From Oculina patagonica (taxonomy: Eukaryota): a stretch of DNA of 64,000 nucleotides. A program made the position numbers and the translations under genes. The stretch covers positions 10,788,001 to 10,852,000 of the forward strand of contig NC_135763.1 of the NCBI RefSeq assembly GCF_052425735.1. The letters run 5' to 3'. Numbering within the stretch: position 1 is the stretch's first letter; every line of letters begins with the position of its first letter. Below, piece after piece: positions 52,101-62,710 of the stretch. The notes under the pieces are model-generated. The model saw only the letters and a program-made list of their open reading frames with translations. It searched no databases and was not told the origin of the DNA.

Positions 52101-55100
52101 AGCAGATGTCCAATTCCCTTCATGAGGCACACATGCAGGGAATGATGCTACAATGTAGTTGTATTCAGCAAAACAAGTTGTGACTTGGCAATTGCAACTA
52201 TGTACAGTCAACTCTTGTTATAGTGAACACATGTGGGATGATGTTTAGTGTCTGTAATAGCAAGAGTCCGTAATTCCTGGTAACTAGGATAATTAAGCTT
52301 TCTCACATTCAATACTAATTGAAAATCTTTGTTAGAGCGGTTTTCACTTGAGTGTCGAAAGTAAATTGCGTTTGCTTTGGTTTTGCATTTTTACGCTTTG
52401 TGATTGGCTTAAAAATCTCGCACCACTTTCTCAGCCAATCAGGAGTAAAACCAAAACCAATCGTGACTCGCTCACGCACGTTTTCCCGCGCTTCGTGCCG
52501 GCTACATGTATTTGCTTCGAGTTTTGATTGGTTCACTGGATTGTCTGTGTCCTTTGTGATTGGCCAGAGTAATTACTTTGGTTTTGGTTTTACGACACTC
52601 AATTGAAAACTGCTCTAATCAGTGGAAATTGTAGCAAATCAATGAAGTCACAAGTCACATCCAATTCTCTGTTTTCATCATTTTCACTAAAATGTTAATT
52701 TTATCCATTATCACAATTACACGATGAGAGCAGTTTTCCATTGAGTGTTGAAAGTGTAATCTGCGCTTTCTCGATAACTTTTAATTCTTGATAACTCACA
52801 TTTTCCCATGCCTGCAGCTCGGGTTGTGTTTTGCTCTTAGTTGTTATTGGTTTGTTGTTGTTTCCTTTAGCTGTGATTGGTTCTTGTTCAATGTAATTGT
52901 TTTGGTTCTGGTTTTGCGAACTCAAATGAAAACAGCTGTATCCATTGACTACATGTACCATAGCAAAACCAACTGGGGGTAACCTCAGTATCCCTTTCGG
53001 GGGGAGTAGTACTGCCCCTGCCTACTTTCAAACTTTCGTTCAACATGTTCAAACATTTGAAAAACCATTTGGATCAATCCAGCATGTTGCACTTGTTTGG
53101 CGACAACAAATCATGGCAAGGTTCAGCAATATTGACGTTGGATCAGTATGTTGGGGTTATTTGATGAGGGTTTTATAATGCTGTCTGGGTTTAAATCATT
53201 CATCTGACATCTGTTTTTTTATCTATTTATTTATTTTAACTATTTACTACACCAAATGCAAGAAAAACTGTAAAAAAACATAGACAGCATTTCAAAAAGG
53301 CGAGGAAGCCTTAAAATAAGCCTTAAAGCTTGCAACATTTAGGCTGGCTTTCTTCGTACAAAATATTTGCTTTTTGTTGGAAAAGTACAGTAAAAACCTG
53401 CATATAAGGACCTAGATTTTTCCAATTTTGCCTAAAAAGGTTCATGTAGAAATGGTATTTAGTGGGATTTTAGGCTACTTAGGTTCTTAAATAGCTTCTT
53501 AATTTGATAGGGGCACTAGTGGTCGGCCCAGATAACTACCACAAGGCATATGTGATATTGAATATATTGCCATATGAGATTATTATCTAGACAACAGGTT
53601 TGATGATAACCATACAGTTCATTTACATGTATCTTTCCAAAGTACCAGCATGCATGTCTAGACTAATTTTTTTTTCTGTATTTTCATCTGTCCATCCGTT
53701 TTTGTAAAATAACGACTTATTGAAAATTTTAGGCTAAATAGGTTCTTATGAAAATTTTAGCCTTACAGGTTCTTATATGCGGGTTTTAATAATAAGTGTT
53801 CCATGTACACTCACGGTCTGTTTTGGGAGTTTCAAATTTTTAGGTTAGGTTATGCCATTGCTTTTGTTCTGCAACATATCATGTGCCTTGAAAAGTCCTT
53901 TGTTAGCAGCCTCGTTCCCAGGGTCTCTTCTTGTGCTCGCTCTGGTGGGCGGAGAGATAGAGACCCTGGGAATGAGGTTGCTCTGTTGGCCCAGTCCAAG
54001 TGTATGTTCCATGTACTGTCCAGTGACTCCTCCTTCTGATTTCAATCAAATTCAAGATGTCTGTTTGTATTAGCAAGTGGTTGGTGTTTCTTAATGAGAA
54101 ATTTTTCTATTGCAGCCAACTTGGTACATACAGGTATTGTCAATCTGTCCGACATCTCGTCATCCAGTAAGTCATACCAAGATGACATGGAATTTGGCAA
54201 CAAAATGGCTGTGTTGAGTGGCGACTTTCTTCTAGCAAATGCTTGTACCGGATTAGCAGAACTTAAAGACACTGAAGTAGTGCAAATGATTTCGCAGGTA
54301 ATCGGACATTTGATGGAAGGAGAATTTCTGAAGATCACATTCAATGCCGACAATTTGAACTTGGAGTTTTGGAAAGATTTAGTGTTCAAGTGTAAGGGAA
54401 GCTTAATGGCAAACAGTTGTAAAGCAGCATTGAAGATTGTTGCACATTCAAAAGAGGTGAGGATCTTTCTCTTGTTTGTAATGATGGCATGCCATTTTAT
54501 CGTCAAAACAACATTCAGGTAATAAGTAATGATGGAAGGAAGACATTGATTACATGTTTGTTATGTATGGGTTAATTTTTTATATAGATAACAAACAGAT
54601 GTTCAAAGACGGATTCCACTGAAAGTTTGAGCGATACCAAAAATCTGCTCGCAGCACAGCAACATTTTGTATACTATTTAAAAGATCTTACTGAGATTTT
54701 TTGTCTTAGTGACCCTGTAATTAAATTCTAAAGCATGCTCGAGAAAATTAAAGTCAAAACTCGTAAAAATGTTCAAAACGCGTGCCATTTTGTTTTGAAC
54801 TGGCGTGAAACGTCCGTTTTAACTGAAATATAGATAATTTCAAATCCATTTTTCTCTTGCGGGGTCAGCTTGCTAACGTTTTGGCAGATTTTTGTTAACT
54901 GTACTTAAACTGTTACCATACTATGAGGTCTCTTTGGTAACTTTATTTTTGCCTGTACTGCTCGAATGTTGGGAAGAAACCATCTACACAGTCTCCAAAA
55001 CCTTCTTGAGATGGTATCTGTACTTTTCTTATGATGCTCTGGAGGATTCTAAACTGACACTTTTGAAAAAGATCTGAAGATTTTTTTGAGACCGCTTTTT

Positions 55101-55805
55101 GACATCAGACATTTGTTTGGGTTAGAATGAACTTGGCTGCAACCCAAATGCCTCTTTTGCATAGCTTTATCTCAGTTGCTTCATTTTCATATCTTAGCAC
55201 ATTGGTATTGTCATGAATCTGTAAGCAAACGCCTCGTTTACATGTCTCTAACTCAATGCCATGTTAGCTTTTCTTTATGCAAGGGAACGACTGTGACCTT
55301 AACTGTAAGATGCGTTTCTGTGCCTCCTTAACAAACCTTACGAAGGGTGTTTGACCCAGTTTCAATATCGATTCTCTACTCATCTTGGTGTAAGTCAACA
55401 GTAAAACTAATATTTGTTATGATTGGTTACTTTCAGCTTCAGGAAAAGGCTTTTGAATTTGGCAAGAATATCGCCTATGCTCATCAGTTGAAGGAAGACC
55501 TTCAGTCTCTACATGAACAAAAATCTACCACCATTCTCCATAGTGCGCCCGTGATTCTCTCCAGCAGCCAAACTGAGGTGAAAAAACTGCTAAATGAAAT
55601 CTTTTCAGAAGAAAACACAGAGAAACTGGATCAGCTATACCAGGAACTGTCAGGTATGGTTATCCAAGAAGAAACAGTGGCACAGATAAAAAAACTGAGT
55701 TCATTTTATGGAAAAACAGCTTTGGAAACACTGTGTGTCTTTCCAGAGTCTGACGCCAAGAAAGCCCTAGTAAACATTGCCAACTCGTGTACTTATCAAG
55801 GGTAG
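49109..55805 (+). CDS. PDSS2: All-trans-polyprenyl diphosphate synthase subunit 2 (decaprenyl-PP synthase non-catalytic subunit), 3 exons, 406 aa
   Basis: Exons 49109-49619, 54116-54456, 55437-55805 (1221 nt). Motifs AEKIVGYPTSFLNLRYLLSDE, QTRGLLVLLISKA, QRQLADITETIHTANLVHTGIVN (DDxxD absent, as in PDSS2/DLP1), FGNKMAVLSGDFLLANAC. The Arg/Ser-rich N-terminus fits a mitochondrial transit peptide. Confidence 0.93.
50935..51330 (+). mobile_element. Penelope 3' fragment (GIY-YIG C-terminus plus degenerate hammerhead) in PDSS2 intron 1
   Basis: SAIKHHAEISHDIH..ILET..KRLFLESLHS..LNER, then CTCTGAAGA-AGACCGC-agaag-GCGATC-aAAA-TTTAGAG at 51224-51262. Confidence 0.8.
51618..52008. mobile_element. MITE (ATAGACC..ATGCAAA termini)
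   Basis: ATAGACCCAATGCAAATATGG is mirrored by CCATTTTTGCATAAGGTCTAT. Confidence 0.6.
52334..52616. mobile_element. Well-preserved MITE of the AGAGC(A/G)GTTTTCA family
   Basis: AGAGCGGTTTTCACTTGAGTGTCG...CGACACTCAATTGAAAACTGCTCT; a decayed second copy follows at ~52727-52940. Confidence 0.9.
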
Positions 55806-55959
55806 TGTAGTGGCACAATTGGAGTACACAAGTTGTTTTTTGTACTTTATCAGTGAAAAGAATTATAATGTTTTTAATGAGAATCTGATGTGAAGTGATT
55901 ATTAGTTCGTATAGTGTGATCGTCCGGGTGAGAGTAGTTCTGAGAAGAACTGTTGTTGG

Positions 55960-56004
55960 TGACTGACGTTTCGACAACCTGAGCGGAAGTCATCTTCAGA
56001 GTCA
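55960..56004 (-). ncRNA. Minimal type I hammerhead ribozyme in the Penelope pLTR
   Basis: Minus strand UGACU-CUGAAGA-UGAC-uuccgcucagguu-GUC-GAAAC-GUC^-AGUCA: intact core, stem I UGACU/AGUCA, short palindromic stem III. Confidence 0.88.
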
Positions 56005-56187
56005 AGTGAAAAGTTGTTGTCAGTCGATGATGTTATAAGTCTGGTCCGTTGAAGTTGATTGGTCAGTTAAGCCGTGATGTTATTGGCTGTAAGACTCGTG
56101 TAAAGTTTGTCATCAGTAATTGGTCAGTTTCGATCCGTCTATTGTTAGTCTAATTAAGTCGTTCTGTTCCGTCTATTGTTAGTCAAA

Positions 56188-58407
56188 TTAAGTCGTTCTG
56201 TTGGCGGTTCGTTTGTCGCTTCTCTTTTCGTCGTGAATAAGTCGTTTGTAAGGTGCCGGTAGTTGTTGACATCTGTTGATAGGCTTCTGTTCTAAGTTTG
56301 TGTACCAGCTTTCCAGAGTCAGTCGTTGAAAATAGTTAGTACTGTAGGTTAAGCATTCAGCAGAGTCCCAGTCGATTTTGTGTTTAGTAAGTCGGTGGTG
56401 TTCAGAAATGTGATTGTTGACATCACCATTTCTCGTCGCTCGTTTGTGTTCAGTCAGTCTCGTGGTCAAGTTTCTACCGGTCTCTCCGATGTAGGAGGCC
56501 TGGCAGTCGGAGCATTTGATCTTATAAATCGCTCCCTGTCTGTTGTTAGGTTCGTCCCTGTCTTTAACGTTGGTCAGTAAATGTCGTAACGTTGTTATAG
56601 GTTTGTGAGCTACACGGATATTGTAGGGTTGTAGGATCCGCGCAATAGTCTCAGAAGTGCCCTTGATGTAGGGTAAAGTCGCTGTAGTAACAGATGTCAG
56701 ATTTCTGTCAGTTTCAGTAGTTCTGTGAGTGTTGCGTCTAATAAAGTCAGTATTGTAGTTGTTCTTGTGGAAAACGCGGTCAAGGTATTTGTTTTCGTCA
56801 GATAAACTGTCTGGTGTGTCACAAACTAGTTGCGCTCGTCTCGTCAAAGTCTTGATAGTCGTAGCTTTGTGGGAAGTCGGGTTGTAGGATGTTTCGTCCA
56901 GTAATCTGTCGGTATGCGTCGGTTTTCTGTACACTGTAGTTCGTATTTTGTTGATGTCGCGGCTTACCAGACAGTCAAGAAAAGGAAGTTTTCCGTTTTC
57001 TTCGATCTCCCTGGTAAACTGAATGTCGGCGTTCTGTTCGTTTAGGTGTTTGTGAAAGTCGTCGATTTCGTCTTTGTGTACGGTGGTAAAAGTATCGTCA
57101 ACGTAGCGTAACCAGAGCGGTATCGTTTGTCGGCAAGTTGCAAGGGCGCGTTCCTCGATGTTTTGCATCACAATTTCTGCGACAACAACGGAAACCGGCG
57201 ACCCCATGGCTGTTCCGTGCAACTGCTTGTAGTGTTTTCCGTTGTACTGGAAGTAAGTCGATGTAAGGCAGAGGTTCAGTAAGTCCATAATGTCTTCAGT
57301 CGGTAGCGGTAATGTAACAGTAGATTGTTGAATAGCGGTCTCGGTGCACTGTAGAGCCAATTGAAGTGGAATACTGGTGAACAGTGATTTCACATCAAAA
57401 GACACAAGTTTGTAGTCGTCAGGTATCTGTACAGTCTTGATGGCGTCAATAAAGTTCTCAGTAGATTGTAGTTTACGTCTGGATTCGTCTGTAAGAGGTT
57501 GCAGTATAGTCGTCAGGTATTTAGACAGTTGGTACGTAGGGGACCCACAGAACGAGACTATGGGTCGCATCGGTATACCCGGCTTGTGCAGTTTCGGTAG
57601 TCCGTAAAGTTTCGGTGGTTGCGGTACTGAGCACCGCAGTCGGTAGTAACGTTGATTGTCAAAAGCGTCGGTCTTTTTAAGCGTAAGTAGTTTGTTGTTC
57701 AGTTTACGTTGTAGTGCAGGCGTCGGGTCACGTTTAAGTACTTCGTAGATTTGTTTGTCGTTAACAAGTGCGTCCATTTTGTCATAGTAATCAGTCTTGT
57801 CCATAACAACAGTAACGCGTCCTTTGTCGGCTGGTAGTATAACAATGTTGTCGTCGGTTTTCAGTCGTTTCAGTGCTTGTTGTTCGTCTTTAGTCAAGTT
57901 GCTGTTAGGTATGGAGGCTGACTGTATCGTGGAAGCAATTCTGCTTCTGATGTTATCCTTGGCTGGTTCCGATAAATCTCGCTGACGAGACATAACCGCC
58001 TCAACACTAGATACAATAGTCTCGGTCGGTATACGTTTAGGTGTCACTGAGTGTTTCAGTCCGTATGAGAGTACCTGCGTCTCAGTTTTGTCTAAGGGAC
58101 GGGAAGAAATATTCCTGACCCAGTTTTCGTCAGATTTGTGTCGCTTTTTGTCTTTGTTGTGTTGAAGTCGTGTCAGTTTTTGTTTGTGTTCAGTGCGAAC
58201 ACGGTCTGTCGTTTTGTTGGCACGTCTGTCGGCAATAGTCGTAATAGTGTCAAGTAAGTTAGTCGGTATCAGTTGTTTAAGTTTGTCAAGTTGTTGTTGT
58301 AGTTTGTTGTTGTAGTATTTGAGTCTTCTGTGACAGTCGTTTATCCGCGCTTTGACCAGTCGTCTGCAGGTGGATTTGACGATCTGGATGGCCTCTTGTG
58401 TGTTCAA
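56188..58407 (-). CDS. Penelope reverse transcriptase + GIY-YIG endonuclease (N-terminally truncated, otherwise open for 739 codons)
   Basis: PADKG, LYGLPKLHK, SFDVKSLFT, GTAMGSP, RYVDD, LPFLD, AIYKIKC..C..SYIGETGR..RLTEH. The listed start is TTG, not a true initiator. Confidence 0.95.
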   Translation of the reverse strand: MNTQEAIQIVKSTCRRLVKARINDCHRRLKYYNNKLQQQLDKLKQLIPTNLLDTITTIADRRANKTTDRVRTEHKQKLTRLQHNKDKKRHKSDENWVRNISSRPLDKTETQVLSYGLKHSVTPKRIPTETIVSSVEAVMSRQRDLSEPAKDNIRSRIASTIQSASIPNSNLTKDEQQALKRLKTDDNIVILPADKGRVTVVMDKTDYYDKMDALVNDKQIYEVLKRDPTPALQRKLNNKLLTLKKTDAFDNQRYYRLRCSVPQPPKLYGLPKLHKPGIPMRPIVSFCGSPTYQLSKYLTTILQPLTDESRRKLQSTENFIDAIKTVQIPDDYKLVSFDVKSLFTSIPLQLALQCTETAIQQSTVTLPLPTEDIMDLLNLCLTSTYFQYNGKHYKQLHGTAMGSPVSVVVAEIVMQNIEERALATCRQTIPLWLRYVDDTFTTVHKDEIDDFHKHLNEQNADIQFTREIEENGKLPFLDCLVSRDINKIRTTVYRKPTHTDRLLDETSYNPTSHKATTIKTLTRRAQLVCDTPDSLSDENKYLDRVFHKNNYNTDFIRRNTHRTTETDRNLTSVTTATLPYIKGTSETIARILQPYNIRVAHKPITTLRHLLTNVKDRDEPNNRQGAIYKIKCSDCQASYIGETGRNLTTRLTEHKRATRNGDVNNHISEHHRLTKHKIDWDSAECLTYSTNYFQRLTLESWYTNLEQKPINRCQQLPAPYKRLIHDEKRSDKRTANRTT

Positions 58408-60108
58408 CGGCGACTTAAGACGGGAGAGCCATAAATTTCAACCGCGGGCCCACATTAGCATAAATTCGAAAAATTTGAAAAAAATTCACAGCATAGCCCT
58501 AGGTAAACTATAACTATAAATATATATTTTACTTCGATTCGATGAATATTTTAGGCGTACGGAAGTGATCTTGATTTTGCATCTCTCGGAAGCGGTTTCA
58601 GGGGTCTGATACCGCACACTGCAAACACCTCAATTTCAAAATTAAAACGATCTCTTTCGAAACAACAAATACATCATCTAAAAGAATCGATAATTATACA
58701 CATTTTGAATGGTTATTTTCTAAGTTTGAATCAATATTAAATATTTGGGAGATTTTTAATTCTTTACATCATTTTGAGACATTTCACGCAAGGCAAAATT
58801 GACAAAATTCAGCGCCTAAAATCATTGCCTGGTACATAAGCTAAGGTATAAAAACGTATACCACGTGAAAGAGCATTGTTTCTTCTTTGAAAATCCGTTT
58901 TCAAAACCACGGGCTACTAAAAAGACGATTTTTAACGGCCCGAAATGCAAGTAGTACTTTCGTGAAATTTGAGCTTCGCCGTAACGGCTTCGCGATGCTT
59001 GAAACTCACAAAGAATAACAAATAAACATATTTAAACAATACAGTTTTAATAATACTTGTCAACAGGTACCAGAACATACTCGCGAGACTATTTGGCGTG
59101 GTGTTGTATCATTTCTAAGAAATAAGAAACCATTTTAGCCGTTTTATTTGACCTCGAGTTCCAAAGTAACAGAAAGCAAACACAGGTCACGTAGCGTTTG
59201 TTAAGGTCAAAGCACCCTTTATCAGATCAAATTGTAATCAATGAATTTCATTTGTAACACAGATAACAAGAGCTACAATCAAATAATGTTCATACCTTAT
59301 AATAAGTAGTCAAAGCACCCTGGAAACTTTAAAAAATCCAATCGAAGCCCATCGAAAACAACATCTATTCTTCGCTGGTTTGATTCAACTGTGCTTATCG
59401 TTAGCTTGCGTTACATAATGGATAGACCGCTGACAAGCTGTTATATTTTGCGGGCTTGATTCTACAGAAGGACGTTTATCCGTCCTTTACAGTCTATTAA
59501 ATATTTTATTATTGTTGTTAGTGACCCCTTTTACCCTAAATGTTTGTTAAGTAAACTAAAGCGTGACCTTAACTCGGGTGACTTTCAACAGATGCCACTT
59601 AGGAACGAACCTTTATTTTCTTAGGGGGGGGGGGGGGGAGGGGTGGACATTAGCCAAATAAATTGCTGCAGAGTAAAACCGGCTGAAATAATCGTGCAAG
59701 AAAGCCAAAAAATTAATTTCGTTAAATGAAAATGAAACATGTGAAAAATAAACATCTAGCTCAGCAAAAATTACCCCTCCCGTCTCCCATCTTCTCAAAA
59801 AATAATGGTTTTTAGCTCACTTATCTAAATACATCTCCTGTTGTGTCATTTGGTTTTACTATCTTTCTGTAATATTCATTGTTATTGGCTATTCCTTTAT
59901 TTGAAAATATATCCTTTACTCTACAACTTCAAGATGAACTAAATGGGTCAAGTTATTATTAAGCAATTTATCAATTAGTTTTTGCTATATTTATAGTAAA
60001 TATTGAGTTAAGTATGAAAAACGTTTTTTCGACAAAAGTAGCCCTCTGCAGGTATTGTGTAACCTTAAAGCAGCTCTCCAATCAGTTGCAATAGTCAACA
60101 TTTAAATC

Positions 60109-61853
60109 TTAAACCCTCGTGCAAGAACACGACCCAACAATATCTGAAATGAAACTAATGTAAGGCGCTTTTCGCTTTGATGATTGGGCCTCGATGTCCA
60201 TGTTGTAGAAATCGCAGATTGACCGCAGTTGTGCAACACTGAGTTTGGTCAGCTTGTTACTAGTATACAAGGAACATATCATATTAAGTGTGTCATACAC
60301 GATGGGATGAACCAGTTGGCACTGGTCTAGGATGGATGCACGAGCAGAGGTAAAGGCTTCTTCCTCTTGGGCCGCCAGAAGGTCGTTATCATCGGTTACA
60401 TGAGCTGACTGAGATGTCGCGTGTTTCAATTTTGCAGCGGTACGCGAGAAGTATCCCTGAATCTGCTGCGCAGTTAGGAACTCGTCAACCTGAAAGAGCC
60501 GCTGACCATTTTCCTTCCTTGCGTATCGCATGTCCCGAGATACTTTTTCAGGGTCGGATTTGTGGCCAGTCTCCTACCCGATCTGGAACTTAGCATCCAG
60601 GTACTGGCGCTGATTGTCGTTAAAACGGCTGGCCTTTTTTGAAACTTTTAGAGCCCAGCCTTGCTCTAGGGGGGCCTCTGGGCACTCTTCATGATCAGTT
60701 GTCGTCGGGACAGCTAGTGTTGGCTGAAGGGAACAACCCTCTTAAATCTTTTTAGCGTACGCCAATACTGCCTGGTCAAAAAGGGTGTGCTTCTCAGAAA
60801 CGAGTTTGCACTTTCCGAACAGCAAATGGCGCTCAAGGTTGTAGTACTTCTGATAGGTGCAGATGCACCCATTCACAGGACACGACAACAGCCCACTGCT
60901 TGCACCTTCCTCTTCTTCATCTCCGTCCTCGTCTTCTTCTTCATCCAAGTGTTCGATCATGGCTCGTTCGGCAGGTACGCGCCTTTCTTTAGAGCATGCC
61001 ACAAAGTCTCCTTTAGACACCTCAGCCTTACACACATCTGGTAACCTTACAGGAACTGAATAATGGACCAGAAAAAAATATTAGAAAAAAGTAAAAGAAT
61101 AACATAGTAATGTACAAATGAAACAAAATAGTAGGGAAGACTCTTCAAATTATTTGTTTATATATTTTATCTTATCTTATTTATTTTTTTATTTAATATT
61201 TTACTGGTAAGATGGGAGTTTCATCCAAATAAGAATAAGATGTTGAAAATAAAAAAAAGACAAGAAATCGGATTGCCCATCATTAAATAGTTTTTTCCGA
61301 TTTACTTTTTCCCTTGACTTTTTCTTAACACAGTAGTGAAAATATCAGAATAGAGGTATATAACTAATATAAGATATGCATGTATGTTGTTGTTGTAACT
61401 ATAACCTTGTAATTGAGACCATGGTATATTCTTTCCCTCTCCAATGTTGCATGCCTTCCATACTGTGACACAGTCCTCTTGGTAGAGGAAATTGTTTAAG
61501 CTGCTGATACCCTCCCAGCGGCCTGGAACCTCTTGCTGGGGCTTGTTGGTAGCATCGGTAACTAGGACGACCCGCACAGCACTCATGCCCCCGTGAGACA
61601 ACATGGCTTCTTTGAAGTCGCGCGCCGTTACCACGTCGTGGCCCTGGTTGATGTATCATCGCACATAAGCCTTGATGGAAGCGGCTTTCCTGTCACAAGG
61701 CCCTTTACCTCCCTGAGGGTCACTGAAGTCGACTCTTTTTACATCAATCCCCGTCGCCTCTCCCATCAGACGGCATGCTGACAGCATGGCTGCACTGTGA
61801 TAGCACCCAGCGTTATCTTGCCTTAGTGCTGCACTTGTAATTTCAGGATGCTT
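60109..61853 (-). pseudogene. C-terminal half of a DDE-type transposase with one intron and three in-frame stops
   Basis: Exon 61853-61406 (KHPEI..DNAGCYH..GKGPCD..KAYVR*YINQG), GT-AG intron 61405-61056, exon 61055-60109 (C2H2-like LSCPVNGC..LERHL; stops TAA and TAG; GWALK, QIQGYFSR). Confidence 0.85.
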
Positions 61854-62710
61854 GAGCCATGACCGAACACTTGGATGAAGAAGAAGACGAGGACGGAGAT
61901 GAAGAAGAGGAAGGTGCAAGCAGTGGGCTGTTGTCGTGTCCTGTGGATGGGTGCATCTGCACCTATCAAAAGTACTACAACCTTGAGCGCCATTTGCTGT
62001 TCGGAAAGTGCAAACTCGTTTCTGAGAAGCACACCCTTTTTGACCAGGCAGTATTGGCGTACGCTAAAAAGATTTAAGAGGGTTGTTCCCTTCAGCCAAC
62101 ACTAGCTGTCCCGACGACAACTGATCATGAAGAGTGCCCAGAGGCCCCCCTAGAGCAAGGCTGGGCTCTAAAAGTTTCAAAAAAGGCCAGCCGTTTTAAC
62201 GACAATCAGCGCCAGTACCTGGATGCTAAGTTCCAGATCGGGTAGGAGACTGGCCACAAATCCGACCCTGAAAAAGTATCTCGGGACATGCGATACGCAA
62301 GGAAGGAAAATGGTCAGCGGCTCTTTCAGGTTGACGAGTTCCTAACTGCGCAGCAGATTCAGGGATACTTCTCGCGTACCGCTGCAAAATTGAAACACGC
62401 GACATCTCAGTCAGCTCATGTAACCGATGATAACGACCTTCTGGCGGCCCAAGAGGAAGAAGCCTTTACCTCTGCTCGTGCATCCATCCTAGACCAGTGC
62501 CAACTGGTTCATCCCATCGTGTATGACACACTTAATATGATATGTTCCTTGTATACTAGTAACAAGCTGACCAAACTCAGTGTTGCACAACTGCGGTCAA
62601 TCTGCGATTTCTACAACATGGACATCGAGGCCCAATCATCAAAGCGAAAAGCGCCTTACATTAGTTTCATTTCAGATATTGTTGGGTCGTGTTCTTGCAC
62701 GAGGGTTTAA
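61854..62710 (+). pseudogene. Inverted duplicate of the transposase last-exon sequence
   Basis: Same frame and the same stops (TAA 62075-62077, TAG 62243-62245) as the minus-strand copy. Confidence 0.9.

Larger units (their letters stand above)
55895..58418 (-). mobile_element. Penelope-like retroelement, 5'-interrupted by a DNA transposon
   Basis: RT+GIY-YIG ORF followed by a pLTR containing a hammerhead; the reading frame (..KSPLNTQEA) is cut at TTAA 58415-58418. Confidence 0.95.

Noticed and set aside
62075-62245. Programmed stop-codon readthrough in the transposase
   Set aside because: The three different stops (TAA, TAG, TGA) are each one C-to-T change from CAA, CAG or CGA, which fits ordinary pseudogenisation.
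60109-62710. Two identical 140-aa genes
   Set aside because: They are the stop-delimited tail of a transposase pseudogene duplicated in the palindrome arms.
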